Shown piece by piece: positions 11,018 through 21,531 of a stretch of DNA of 64,000 bases. The stretch comes from an uncultured bacterium (lineage in GTDB: Bacteria > Acidobacteriota > Thermoanaerobaculia > Multivoradales > JAHZIX01), in assembly GCA_965368975.1 (NCBI GenBank), contig CBDUPA010000003.1:64001-128000 (forward strand). Reading direction: 5' to 3'. The notes under the pieces are model-generated. The model was given only the letters and a program-made list of their open reading frames with translations. It was not told where the DNA came from and searched no databases. Made by a program: the position numbers and the translations under genes. Each line of letters opens with the position of its first letter. The stretch's first letter is position 1.

Positions 11018-12148
11018 GTGCCGAGCCGCAATGGATCGGTCGAGGAATTGCGGCTGTGCCAGCCGCAGGGCGAGACGACCGTGCTCGCCGGTGCCGGGGC
11101 GCTGCCTGCGGCACGGCCAAGGCTGGAGCCGTGGCTGGATGGGCGCACCGTCTTCGTGGTCACCACGCCGCACGTCTGGCAGTTGCATGGCGCTGGCCTC
11201 GAACCATTCCTGAGCCGCGCCGCGCGCACCGTGGTGCTGGAGGTGGCGGAGGGTGAGGCCGCCAAGACGCTGGAGGTGGCCGGCGACCTGTGGCAGCGGC
11301 TGCTGGCCGAGGGCGGCAAGCGCGACAGCCGGCTCGTCACCTTCGGGGGCGGTAGCGTTGGGGACCTCGGCGGTTTCGTCGCCGGTTGTTTTCTGCGCGG
11401 CATCGAGTACGCGCAGCTGCCGACGACGCTGCTGGCGCAGGTCGACGCGGCGCTGGGCGGCAAGACGGCGGTGGATTTGCCGGGGGCCAAGAACAGCGTC
11501 GGGTTGTTTCACCATCCAAAGCTGGTGATCGAGGATGCTGACTGGCTGGTGACGCTGCCGCGCGCCGAGATCCGGGCTGCTCTGGCCGAGGTGGTCAAGA
11601 TGGCGGCGCTGCTCGATCTCGAGCTATTGGTGCGCGTCGAACGTGACCTGGCGGCTCTGCTGGCGGGGGAGCCGGAGCCGCTCGGGCCGGTGGTCGTCGC
11701 CGCCGCGCGCGCCAAGCTGGGGGTCGTCGAGCGCGATCCGGATGAGCAGGACGAGCGGCGGTTGCTCAACTTCGGCCACACGCTGGCGCATGCCCTGGAG
11801 GCGCAGCTCGGCTATCAGGGACTGCGTCATGGCGATGCGGTGGCCTACGGCATGCTGTTCGCTCTGCGCTTGGCGGTCGAGCGCGGTCTCGACGCGGATT
11901 TTGCGGCTCGCCTGCGTGCGCTCTTGCGCCGCTTCGAGTTGCCCCAACTGGTGACCCCGGAGACACGCGAGCGGCTGCGACCGGCAGATCTGCTGGTGGC
12001 CATGGCGCGCGACAAGAAGGCGCGCGAGAGTGGGTTGGTGTGGGTGTTGCCGGCGGCGTCTGGGCGAGGAGAGATGGTGTCGGGGATCGACCAGGATACG
12101 GTAGACCTGCACCTGCAGGCGTTTCTCGCTGATCCTCTCGGGGCCTGA
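11018..12148 (+). CDS. aroB: 3-dehydroquinate synthase
   Basis: GGGSVGDLGGF, PTTLLAQVD, GGKTAVD, LNFGHT, HGDAV. Confidence 0.95.
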   Translation: MPSRNGSVEELRLCQPQGETTVLAGAGALPAARPRLEPWLDGRTVFVVTTPHVWQLHGAGLEPFLSRAARTVVLEVAEGEAAKTLEVAGDLWQRLLAEGGKRDSRLVTFGGGSVGDLGGFVAGCFLRGIEYAQLPTTLLAQVDAALGGKTAVDLPGAKNSVGLFHHPKLVIEDADWLVTLPRAEIRAALAEVVKMAALLDLELLVRVERDLAALLAGEPEPLGPVVVAAARAKLGVVERDPDEQDERRLLNFGHTLAHALEAQLGYQGLRHGDAVAYGMLFALRLAVERGLDADFAARLRALLRRFELPQLVTPETRERLRPADLLVAMARDKKARESGLVWVLPAASGRGEMVSGIDQDTVDLHLQAFLADPLGA

Positions 12149-12369
12149 GATACTGGCACGGCCCGCTAGGCCGGTGCTGGAGAGCAGGGAAGGCGACTTG
12201 CCAGCACCCCCCGCCTTGGGGGAAGATGCGGCTTTCATGGCTGGCTGGTTTTCATGCCTGAGTTTCTTGACTGAACCTCATTATCTTGGCTGATCTGGCC
12301 AAACTGGTGTAGCAACCGCCGTATAATGCGCAACAGGCCTGTCACTCGCCGTGGCCAGGCCGGGAATCC

Positions 12370-14139
12370 ATGACGCGCCGACTGAAGCTCCGCCACTTCC
12401 TGCTGATCCTCATCTTGTTCGCCGGGGTCGTCCCTCTGGCGATCAACGTTGCCGTGCTCTATGGGCCCAACCTGGAGATCCTGCAGAAGAAGGAAGAGAT
12501 CGACCTGACGCGCTTGGCGTCGGGGATTTCGCAGGAATTCAACGGCTACCTGGTCAATGCTCGCCGCGAACTCGAGATGGTGGGCAAGACGCTGGTCATG
12601 GCACCGGGGCCGAGCTTGATCGAGGACCGCCTGCGCCAGGATTGGGTGATCAACTACCTGGAGAACGTGCACAGGGAAAACTCCGGTAGTGGCTGGTCGG
12701 CGCTGTCGGTGCGCGATGTCGTCGGCGAAGGACCGCGTTTTGCCGATCAGCTCTCCGGCGCCCAGAACCAGGCACTCGAGGGTGGTTTCCAGCAGAGTCT
12801 GAGCGAGAACAAGCCCAACTACCGGCTGGTCGGGGCGCGCGACGATGGCGGCGAGCTTTCGGTGGTGGTGTCGGTGCCGCTGTGGCTGCAAGGAACGCAG
12901 CCGCTACTGGTGCTGCAGGCGGTGGTGCAGCCGCAGCGTCTGCGCGAGCTGGCGACCAGTGAGGATCGCCAGGAACAGGCGTTCTTGATCGATGCCGGCG
13001 GCAATGTCGTGTGGTCGCGCGGTGCCTCGCCGGAGACCGAGCGTGCGATGGTCAGTTCACCGCCGGTCCAGAGCTTTGTCGACATGCCGCTGCCGCAGAC
13101 CACCAAGTACGACCTGGTGGTGGATGGCAAGGACCCGGAAGGCATGATCGGCATCGTCAGCCCGATCACGGAAGCCGGCTGGGGCGTGGTCGTGCACAAG
13201 CCGGAAGCAGCCGCCTACCGCACCCTCAACCGCATGGTGGCGCGCACGACGCTGTCGAGCGGCATCTTGGTGCTGCTGGCTCTGGTGATCGCGTTCCTGG
13301 CGTCGAAGTGGATCGGCCAACCGATCCAGCGTCTGGCCGAAGGTACCCACGCCATCGCCCAGGGTAACTTCAAGAGCCGCGTCGACACCGGCGGGCTGCG
13401 CTTCGAGCTAGCGGATCTGGCGCAGGACTTCAACGCCATGGGCGGTCACGTCGAGCGCTACGTCGAGCAGCTCAAGCAGGCCGCGCAGGCCAATCGCGAT
13501 CTGTTCATCGGCTCGCTGCGCGCGTTTACCGCCGCCATCGATGCCAAGGACCCGTACACGCGCGGTCACTCCGAGCGCGTCGCCGCCTTCAGCCGCGTCA
13601 TCGCGCGCCAGCTGGGGCAGCCGGACGACTTCCAGAATCGCTTGTGGATCGCCGCCCTGATGCATGACGTCGGCAAGATCGGCATCGAGGATCACGTGCT
13701 CAAGAAGGGTGGCGTGCTGACGCCCGAGGAGTACGAGCAAATGAAGCTGCACACCGTCATCGGCGCCGAGATCATTGGGCCGATCGAGCAGCTCAAGGAA
13801 GCTGTGCCGGTGGTGCGCTGGCACCACGAAGCGTGGAACGGCCGCGGCTATCCGGACGGCATCAAGGGTGAGCAGATTCCGTTGATGGCCCGCATCGTTG
13901 GCGTCGCCGACACCTTCGACGCCATCACCACCAACCGGCCCTACCAGAAGGCCTACACCATCGACTACGCGGTCGAGACCATCACCAAGCTGACCGGTGC
14001 CCGCTTCGACGCCAAGGTCGTCACCGCCTTCCTGCGCGCCGTCGACAAAGGCGAGATCCAACGTCACATGCAGCGGCCGGAGAGCAGCCCCGCACACAAG
14101 GCGGCGCAGGTGCAGGTGCAGGCGGCGGCCGGGCGCTAA
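12370..14139 (+). CDS. Membrane-bound HD-GYP c-di-GMP phosphodiesterase with extracytoplasmic (Cache-like) and HAMP domains
   Basis: Two TM helices, HAMP, AKDPYTRGHSERV, HDVGK, HHEAWNGRGYP. Confidence 0.93.
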   Translation: MTRRLKLRHFLLILILFAGVVPLAINVAVLYGPNLEILQKKEEIDLTRLASGISQEFNGYLVNARRELEMVGKTLVMAPGPSLIEDRLRQDWVINYLENVHRENSGSGWSALSVRDVVGEGPRFADQLSGAQNQALEGGFQQSLSENKPNYRLVGARDDGGELSVVVSVPLWLQGTQPLLVLQAVVQPQRLRELATSEDRQEQAFLIDAGGNVVWSRGASPETERAMVSSPPVQSFVDMPLPQTTKYDLVVDGKDPEGMIGIVSPITEAGWGVVVHKPEAAAYRTLNRMVARTTLSSGILVLLALVIAFLASKWIGQPIQRLAEGTHAIAQGNFKSRVDTGGLRFELADLAQDFNAMGGHVERYVEQLKQAAQANRDLFIGSLRAFTAAIDAKDPYTRGHSERVAAFSRVIARQLGQPDDFQNRLWIAALMHDVGKIGIEDHVLKKGGVLTPEEYEQMKLHTVIGAEIIGPIEQLKEAVPVVRWHHEAWNGRGYPDGIKGEQIPLMARIVGVADTFDAITTNRPYQKAYTIDYAVETITKLTGARFDAKVVTAFLRAVDKGEIQRHMQRPESSPAHKAAQVQVQAAAGR

Positions 14140-14154
14140 GGGAGGGAGAGTGAG

Positions 14155-14526
14155 ATGAAAGAGATGCCGTTCCAAAAGACGCTGCGGCGCTTGCTGAAGA
14201 ACAATGAGGGCGGCCTCGGTGTGCTCTTCCTCGACGAAACAGGCGAAGCGGTCGACTACGCGTGCGACGACTTCACCGCCTACGAGCTGCGGGTGGTTGG
14301 GGCTTACGTGCGCATCTACCTGCGCCAGATCGAGAAGTTCCTCGAAGACACCCAGCTCGGGGACCCTCGGGTCATCCACATCACCAAGGACAACCTCTAC
14401 ATCTACGCCGTGCCCTTGCCGGAAGAGTATGCCCTGGCTTTCGTGCAGCGCCGGCCGGCGCTGGTGGCCAAGGCGATCGACGGTCTCGCCGAGGCCAGCG
14501 CCGCGCTACGCGCCGAGCTGTTCTAG
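14155..14526 (+). CDS. Roadblock/LC7-like small protein
   Basis: GGAG RBS; 123 aa; GVLFLDETGEAV pattern of the roadblock fold. Confidence 0.6.
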   Translation: MKEMPFQKTLRRLLKNNEGGLGVLFLDETGEAVDYACDDFTAYELRVVGAYVRIYLRQIEKFLEDTQLGDPRVIHITKDNLYIYAVPLPEEYALAFVQRRPALVAKAIDGLAEASAALRAELF

Positions 14527-14593
14527 GCGATCCCCTCGGGTAGGACGTGTACGGACTTGCCTTGCGGACAACCATCGTCCGCGCCGAGACTCC

Positions 14594-15568
14594 ATGACTG
14601 AACAATCTGACGAATACCTGGACCTGGCGCCGGAAGCCCGGCTGCCGGAGGCTGAGAAGAAGGGGTTCTGGGGCAAGCTCAAGCGCGGCTTGCTGATGAC
14701 CCACACGGAGCTGATCGACAAGGTCAGCGCCGCCGTCGAGGGCCGCACGACGCTCGACGAGGAGACCTTGGAGCACCTGGAAGAGGTGCTGATCGGTGCC
14801 GACATCGGCGTCGAGACCGCGCTCGAGCTGGTCGAGAGCATCAAGGGCCAGGTCAAACCCGGCCAGGCTGGCGACGTGCTGTTGCTGCGCCAGCTGCTGG
14901 TCGACGAGATCGCCGTCTTGCTGCTCGACGCTCCGCAGCCCCAGCCACGCGGCGAGCAACCGATGGTGACGCTGGTGGTGGGGGTCAATGGTGTCGGCAA
15001 GACGACCTCGATCGCCAAGCTCGGGCGTCTATACGGCCTGCGCGGCGAGAAAGTGCTGCTGGCCGCGGGCGATACCTTTCGCGCTGCCGCGATCGAACAG
15101 CTCGAAACCTGGGGTGACCGTCTGGGTGTCCAGGTGGTGCGGCAGAAGGCGGGTTCCGATCCGGCGGCCGTGGTCTACGATGCGCTGCAGGCGGCGAAGG
15201 CGCGCAAGGTCGATCACCTGGTCGTCGATACCGCCGGCCGACTGCACACCAAAGAGAATCTGATGCAGGAGCTGGCCAAGATCCGCCGCGTGGTCGGGCG
15301 CGAGGCCGAGGGCTGGCGCTGCCGCACCGTCCTGGTGCTCGACGCCACGACCGGCCAGAACGCCATCACGCAGGCGCGCCAGTTCCAGCAGATCGCCGAG
15401 GCCGACGGCGTCATCCTGACCAAGATGGATGGCACCGCCAAGGGGGGCATGGCGGTCGCGGTGGCGCGCGAGCTGCGCTTGCCGGTACTCTTCCTCGGCG
15501 TCGGTGAAGGCATGGACGACCTGGTGGAGTTCCGGCCTCGCGAGTTCGCCGCCGCGCTGATCGGCTGA
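14594..15568 (+). CDS. ftsY: Signal recognition particle receptor FtsY
   Basis: GVNGVGKTTSIAKL, DTFRAAA, DTAGR, TKMDGTAKGG. Confidence 0.97.
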   Translation: MTEQSDEYLDLAPEARLPEAEKKGFWGKLKRGLLMTHTELIDKVSAAVEGRTTLDEETLEHLEEVLIGADIGVETALELVESIKGQVKPGQAGDVLLLRQLLVDEIAVLLLDAPQPQPRGEQPMVTLVVGVNGVGKTTSIAKLGRLYGLRGEKVLLAAGDTFRAAAIEQLETWGDRLGVQVVRQKAGSDPAAVVYDALQAAKARKVDHLVVDTAGRLHTKENLMQELAKIRRVVGREAEGWRCRTVLVLDATTGQNAITQARQFQQIAEADGVILTKMDGTAKGGMAVAVARELRLPVLFLGVGEGMDDLVEFRPREFAAALIG

Positions 15569-15594
15569 GCCGCTTGGCAGGAGGACGGTACGCC

Positions 15595-16824
15595 ATGTCT
15601 CTCGACGCCGACACGCGGTTCCTCCGCCGGGCTCTCGAGCTGGCGGCCCGTGGTCGCACGTCGGCGTCGCCCAATCCGTGCGTCGGCGCGGTGATCGTCC
15701 AGGGGGGGCAGGTCGTGGGGGAAGGCTGGCACCGACGTGCCGGGGAGCCGCACGCCGAGGTCGAAGCACTGCGCGCTGCTCGCGACACCAGTCTTGACCC
15801 GCAGCGCCAAGGTGAGCAGCTCCGAGGTGCCACCCTCTTCGTCAATCTGGAGCCGTGCAGCCACCATGGACGCACGCCGCCTTGCGCCGAAGCGGTGATC
15901 GAGGCCGGGATCGGCCGCGTGGTCGGCTGCCTGCAGGACCCCAACCCGGCGGTTGCTGGTCGTGGTTACGAGCGCCTGCGGCAGGCGGGGATCGAGGTCG
16001 AGGTGGGGTTGCTGGCGCGCGAGGCGGCAGCCCTGAATCTGCCCTTCCTGACCTCGAATCTGCACCAGCGGCCGGCGGTCACGCTCAAGTGGGCGATGAG
16101 CCTGGACGGCCGCATCGCCACGGTGAGCGGTGAGAGCCAGTGGATTTCGTCGCCCGAGGGTCGGCAGTGGGCGCTCGACCTGCGCCGGGAGCACGATGCG
16201 ATCCTGGTTGGCAGCGGCACCGTGCTGGCCGACGGCCCGCGCCTGAACCGCCGGAATTCTGGTGCCGACGCCGAGGCGTCGAGGCCGCCGATCCTGCGCG
16301 CCGTGCTCGACCGTCGTCTGCGCACGCCGCCGAACGCCCGGCTGCTCGACGTCGAGGGACCGCTGCTGATCTACACCGAGGTGCCCGCTGAGTCTCAGGC
16401 GTTCCAGGATCTCATCGCCGCCGGGGAAACCGCCGCCGCGCAGCTGCACCTCGTATGCTTGCCGCGGGTGACGCCGCCGGCTGTACTCGCCGACCTGCAC
16501 GCCCGCGCCGTCGACGGCCAACCGCGCGCGCGAACCGGCGGGGATCCGGTGCGCAGCTTGCTGGTCGAGGGCGGTGGAGAAGTCGCTGCGGCGTTCGTCG
16601 CGGCCGACCTGTTCGACCGCGTCGAGGTATGCTGTGCTCCACGGCTGCTCAGTGGGCGCAGCGCTCCCGGCCCGCTGGGCGGCGCCGGCATCGGCCTGCT
16701 GGCGTCGGCGCCGCGGCTGGACGCACTGAGCGCGACCGCGTGTGGCGTCGACGTGATCCTCTCGTCTCACCGTCAAGGTTGTTTGGAGGCACTGACGTCC
16801 TCATGTTCACCGGTATCATCGTAG
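15595..16824 (+). CDS. ribD: Bifunctional riboflavin deaminase/reductase
   Basis: PNPCVGAV, HAEVEAL, LEPCSHHGRTPPC, SLDGRIA, LLVEGG. Confidence 0.96.
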   Translation: MSLDADTRFLRRALELAARGRTSASPNPCVGAVIVQGGQVVGEGWHRRAGEPHAEVEALRAARDTSLDPQRQGEQLRGATLFVNLEPCSHHGRTPPCAEAVIEAGIGRVVGCLQDPNPAVAGRGYERLRQAGIEVEVGLLAREAAALNLPFLTSNLHQRPAVTLKWAMSLDGRIATVSGESQWISSPEGRQWALDLRREHDAILVGSGTVLADGPRLNRRNSGADAEASRPPILRAVLDRRLRTPPNARLLDVEGPLLIYTEVPAESQAFQDLIAAGETAAAQLHLVCLPRVTPPAVLADLHARAVDGQPRARTGGDPVRSLLVEGGGEVAAAFVAADLFDRVEVCCAPRLLSGRSAPGPLGGAGIGLLASAPRLDALSATACGVDVILSSHRQGCLEALTSSCSPVSS

Positions 16825-17564
16825 AAAAGGGCATCCTGGCCGCCGACCCTCAGCCCTCCGGGCAAGGGGGCGTGCGCTTCGAGGTCGAGCACAGTCGTGA
16901 GCTGGCCGCGAAGCTGCAAATCGGCGCCAGCCTGGCGGTCAACGGCGTCTGTCTGACGCTCACCGCTCAGGACGCAGGCCGGGATGCCGGACGGGGGCTC
17001 TCGCGGATGGAGCTGGCGCCCGAGACCCTGCGTCGTACGACGCTCGGCAGTCTCCGAGCCGGGGACCGGGTCAACCTGGAGCCGGCCTTGGAGGTCGGCA
17101 AGACGCTGGACGGTCACATGGTGCAGGGGCACGTCGACACGACGGTCGAGGTGCTGGAGCGTCGCGACCTCGGCGAGCATGCGGAGATCAGCTTCCGGCT
17201 GCCCGCGGCGCAGGCTCAGTACCTGGTGGAGAAGGGCTCGGTGGCGCTTGACGGGGTCAGCCTCACCGTCGCGACGCTGGGTGCCGATCGCTTCGGTGTC
17301 GCCCTGATCCCGCACACGCTGCAGGTCACCAACCTGGGTACCCTGCAGCCGGGCCGCAAAGTCAACCTGGAGGCTGATTTCATGGCCAAGCAGGTGGTAC
17401 GTCTCCTGGAGGGATATCTCGAGAGCTACCTCGAGAGCTATGTCGAGAGCTATGTCGAGAGCTACGTCGAGCCCCACGTCGAGCGCCTGCTCGCGGCGCG
17501 CGGCTTGGAGACGGCTTCCAGCAGGGGCAACACCCTAGCCGGCGGGCCGGCCGAGGAGGACTGA
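16803..17564 (+). CDS. ribE: Riboflavin synthase (alpha chain)
   Basis: MFTGII N-terminus, SLAVNGVCLT, GHMVQGHVD, KGSVALDGVSLT. Confidence 0.95.
   Translation: MFTGIIVEKGILAADPQPSGQGGVRFEVEHSRELAAKLQIGASLAVNGVCLTLTAQDAGRDAGRGLSRMELAPETLRRTTLGSLRAGDRVNLEPALEVGKTLDGHMVQGHVDTTVEVLERRDLGEHAEISFRLPAAQAQYLVEKGSVALDGVSLTVATLGADRFGVALIPHTLQVTNLGTLQPGRKVNLEADFMAKQVVRLLEGYLESYLESYVESYVESYVEPHVERLLAARGLETASSRGNTLAGGPAEED
17415..17486 (+). repeat. 12-bp tandem repeat x6 (YLES/YVES) in the ribE C-terminal helix
   Basis: tatctcgagagc, tacctcgagagc, tatgtcgagagc x2, tacgtcgagccc, cacgtcgagcgc. Confidence 0.9.
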
Positions 17565-17569
17565 GCACC

Positions 17570-18694
17570 ATGCCTGCAGCCCGCGGCGGCACGCCGTCGA
17601 CGCCGGGTCTCAAGTGGCAGACGCAGCGTCCGGAACCGGGACGCGCGTGGGTTCGCTATGTGCCGAGACCTTGGAGCGCTCCGGCATGCCCGTGGGTCGA
17701 TGTCGCGCACGGTGCGCTGGGCACGCCGTCGACGGTCGTCGAGGAGCTACCGGCGGCTCCGAGCGTGGTCAGCTTGGACCCCCTGAGCTTCGACGATGCA
17801 GTCTACCTGCCACCGGTGGCGCCCGAGCAGCGAAGCGCCCGCGACGCCTGGCTGAACGCTCTGCGCGTCGCCGGTTCGCCGGTGGTGTTGCAGTTGCTGC
17901 CGGGAGAGCCGCTTCCGGAGAGTCTCCGGTCAGCCGGGTCCGAAGGGGATCTCTTGAGCGGCACACGTGGCGACGAGCTCAGTGGAGAGGCGGGCGTCCT
18001 CGTTCTCGTCGACTTGTTGCCGCTGCTACTGGACTCGACATCGTTGGACCTGCCCGGTCGGCTGCGCGCCACACTGACCGCCGCACTGACCGCCGAGGCC
18101 TCCACTGGTGCGACCGTGCTTTGGCCGCTGCTGCCGGGTCTCACCGATGGCCCCGATCTCTGGCGCGCCGCTGCGTTGCCACTGCGTGATAGCGGCGCCG
18201 CTCACCTGCTGCCGCAGGTCGTCGAGCTGACGCCCAGCGACCGCCGGCAGCTGGCCGAACAGCACCCCGCCGCCTACGACGCTCTCTTTCACCGCCGCCT
18301 CGACGCCACCGCCGAGCGTGCCTTCGCTGCCAGCGTGCGTGCCGCCCTCGCCGGCAGCGCCGGTCCGCAACCGCTGCCGCCTCGGCCACTGCCTGCCGGA
18401 CCACCGCGCCTGCGTCGCAACCGCTGGCTGAGTGGCGAGCTGATCCGCATCGCCGAGCTGTGGCTGCGCCTGGGACGTGCCGTCGGCCGTGGCGACGCCT
18501 GTTTCCGTGCCGCCCGCTGGGTCGATAGCAGCGCGCTCGACGTCGCGGCCCTGGTCAATGAGGGCAATCTCGATATCATCGAGCCTATCGACGCCGCCAG
18601 CCGTGCTCTGCTCGAAGAGCTGGTGCGGGAAGGTCATTGTGGCCTGCTCGACGAATTGCTGCGGCAGTATCTCTCGCCCCCGGAGGAACGCTGA
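17570..18694 (+). CDS. Hypothetical protein: degenerate SplB/Rv2578c-like segment plus PolX N-terminal (HHH_8)-like helical domain
   Basis: PLLPGLTD...AALPLRDSGA resembles the SplB-family core. The C-terminus RNRWLSGELIRIAELW...FRAARWV...EGNLDIIEPI...EELVREG resembles the PolX 8-kDa domain. No CxxxCxxC. Confidence 0.5.
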   Translation: MPAARGGTPSTPGLKWQTQRPEPGRAWVRYVPRPWSAPACPWVDVAHGALGTPSTVVEELPAAPSVVSLDPLSFDDAVYLPPVAPEQRSARDAWLNALRVAGSPVVLQLLPGEPLPESLRSAGSEGDLLSGTRGDELSGEAGVLVLVDLLPLLLDSTSLDLPGRLRATLTAALTAEASTGATVLWPLLPGLTDGPDLWRAAALPLRDSGAAHLLPQVVELTPSDRRQLAEQHPAAYDALFHRRLDATAERAFAASVRAALAGSAGPQPLPPRPLPAGPPRLRRNRWLSGELIRIAELWLRLGRAVGRGDACFRAARWVDSSALDVAALVNEGNLDIIEPIDAASRALLEELVREGHCGLLDELLRQYLSPPEER

Positions 18695-19467
18695 TGACCC
18701 CCCGCCCTTGCCCGTCCCGTCCCCGCCCGTTCCGTCTCTCGCTGCCGCTGCTCGCGGTCCTGAGCACTCTGGCCGTCAGTACCGCCTGGACGCCCACTGC
18801 CGCGGCCTGGGATCTGCGCGACGATGCCTCGGCCGGCCAGTTCCGCCTCTTCCACGAGGCCTTTGCTACCGGCCTCTACGCACCGCCTCGGCACAGCGCG
18901 GTGCCGCTTGGCTGGGTCGGGTTCGACGTCTATGCCGATGTCTCGGTGCTGCCCGACTTCGGCGATGGCGACTTCGCGGACGCCGTGCTGCGTGGCAGCT
19001 TGCCCGGCGACGCCCTTGCCGTCACCCGTGTCGGTGCACGCAAGGGCCTGCCGCTCGGCTTTAATGTCGGCCTGTCCTACGGCCAGCTGGTCGACAGCGA
19101 CCTCGAAGTGCTGACCGCCGACGTTCAGTGGTCGTTGCTCGAGGGGAGCGTGGTGCTGCCGGCGGTGGCGGTGCGCGCCAGCTACAGCGATCTTTCGGGC
19201 AGTGACGTCTTCGACATCCAGCAGCTCGGCCTCGACCTCTACGTCAGCAAAGGCTTCGCCGTCGTCAGTGCTTTTGGTGGCGCTTCGCTGGTCCGCAGCG
19301 AGAGCACGCTCAACCGGCGCTTCGGCGACACCCTGAGCGAGGAGACCACGGAGGAGATGCTCTTTGCTGGTGTCGCCTTCAACCTGCTAGCCGCCAAGCT
19401 GACTGCTACGGTAGAGCAGGGAGATGACCTCAAGGGCGTCTTCCGGGTTAGCCTCGGCCTGAACTGA
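18694..19467 (+). CDS. Secreted/outer-membrane beta-barrel hypothetical protein
   Basis: Signal peptide; amphipathic beta strands; C-terminal FRVSLGL; TGATG coupling to the upstream gene. Confidence 0.65.
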   Translation: MTPRPCPSRPRPFRLSLPLLAVLSTLAVSTAWTPTAAAWDLRDDASAGQFRLFHEAFATGLYAPPRHSAVPLGWVGFDVYADVSVLPDFGDGDFADAVLRGSLPGDALAVTRVGARKGLPLGFNVGLSYGQLVDSDLEVLTADVQWSLLEGSVVLPAVAVRASYSDLSGSDVFDIQQLGLDLYVSKGFAVVSAFGGASLVRSESTLNRRFGDTLSEETTEEMLFAGVAFNLLAAKLTATVEQGDDLKGVFRVSLGLN

Positions 19468-19491
19468 TGGTTCGGTAGAGATAGTTCCGTC

Positions 19492-20532
<1,041 letters not shown>

Positions 20533-20581
20533 GGGCAGGCCGATGTGTCTGCCCTGGAGTGCCTGCCCTGGATGCTGGCGC

Positions 20582-21523
20582 CTACTGTGGCTTGCGCCGG
20601 TACCAAAGCGATCCGAAGTGCGTGTCGAAATCCTCGGCCACGGTCGGTCGGTAGTCGGGCAGCACATCACGTAGCACCTCTTCCCGATGATGCCGCAGCA
20701 GCGGCGCCGACAGGACGATCTCGAACTCCGGGTTCCAGCTGAGGAACGCCTGCAGCAGCATCGCCTCGTTCCAGAAGCGCGGCCACTTGGCGTCGAAGAG
20801 GTAGGCCTGCGCGGGATGGGGGACGTTGTAGGGGAAGTGGATGTCGTGGCTGTGGACCACCACGCCGGGGTTCACGCGCGGCACGATCTCGAGATACAGG
20901 TGCGCGACGTCTCCGTCGACGCGCAAGATGTGTGTCGAGTCGATGAACAAGATGTCACCGTCGCTCAGCTGGTGGAAGAACTCGGGCTCGACGTCCTGCA
21001 CTTCGCGGCGCACGCGCTCGACTCCAGTCAGGCGGTCGAGAGCGTCGCCGGAGTAAGGATCGATGCAGGTCAGCCTGCAGGCGGAGCCTTCTTCGGCGTT
21101 GCGGTTGCTGGCCAGCCAGGCGTAGTAGGTCGAGAGGCCGGAGCCCACTTCGATGTAGCGTGCTGGCTTGAGGTCGCGCAGCATGCAGTAGAGGAGCAGC
21201 GCGTCGACCTCGGTGAAGCCGGGGCCGTAGCCCATCTTCTTGGCATCCTTGTAGCCGGGGAGCGCTTGGTACTCGGCGCCGTACCGACCCACGATCTGGC
21301 GCAGACGTTGTTCAAGGGTGTCGAGGTCGACGTGCAGGCCCGGCAGCTCACTCGGACGATCCCAGCGCTGGCGGCTGCGCGCCAGTGCGTCGACCACCGG
21401 CAGGGGAGAGTAGTAGTCGTCGGCGCGGGCGACTGTGAAGCCGAGGCGGTTCACGGCGCGCACAGCGGCGCGCAAGCAGGCACGATACACCCTGCGCGGC
21501 AGCGACCGGGAAGGGGCGGTCAT
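20582..21523 (-). CDS. Class I SAM-dependent methyltransferase (Methyltransf_24-like)
   Basis: YIEVGSGLST, CIDPY, LFIDSTH, VHSHDI. Confidence 0.88.
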   Translation of the reverse strand: MTAPSRSLPRRVYRACLRAAVRAVNRLGFTVARADDYYSPLPVVDALARSRQRWDRPSELPGLHVDLDTLEQRLRQIVGRYGAEYQALPGYKDAKKMGYGPGFTEVDALLLYCMLRDLKPARYIEVGSGLSTYYAWLASNRNAEEGSACRLTCIDPYSGDALDRLTGVERVRREVQDVEPEFFHQLSDGDILFIDSTHILRVDGDVAHLYLEIVPRVNPGVVVHSHDIHFPYNVPHPAQAYLFDAKWPRFWNEAMLLQAFLSWNPEFEIVLSAPLLRHHREEVLRDVLPDYRPTVAEDFDTHFGSLWYRRKPQ

Positions 21524-21531
21524 TGCGGACC

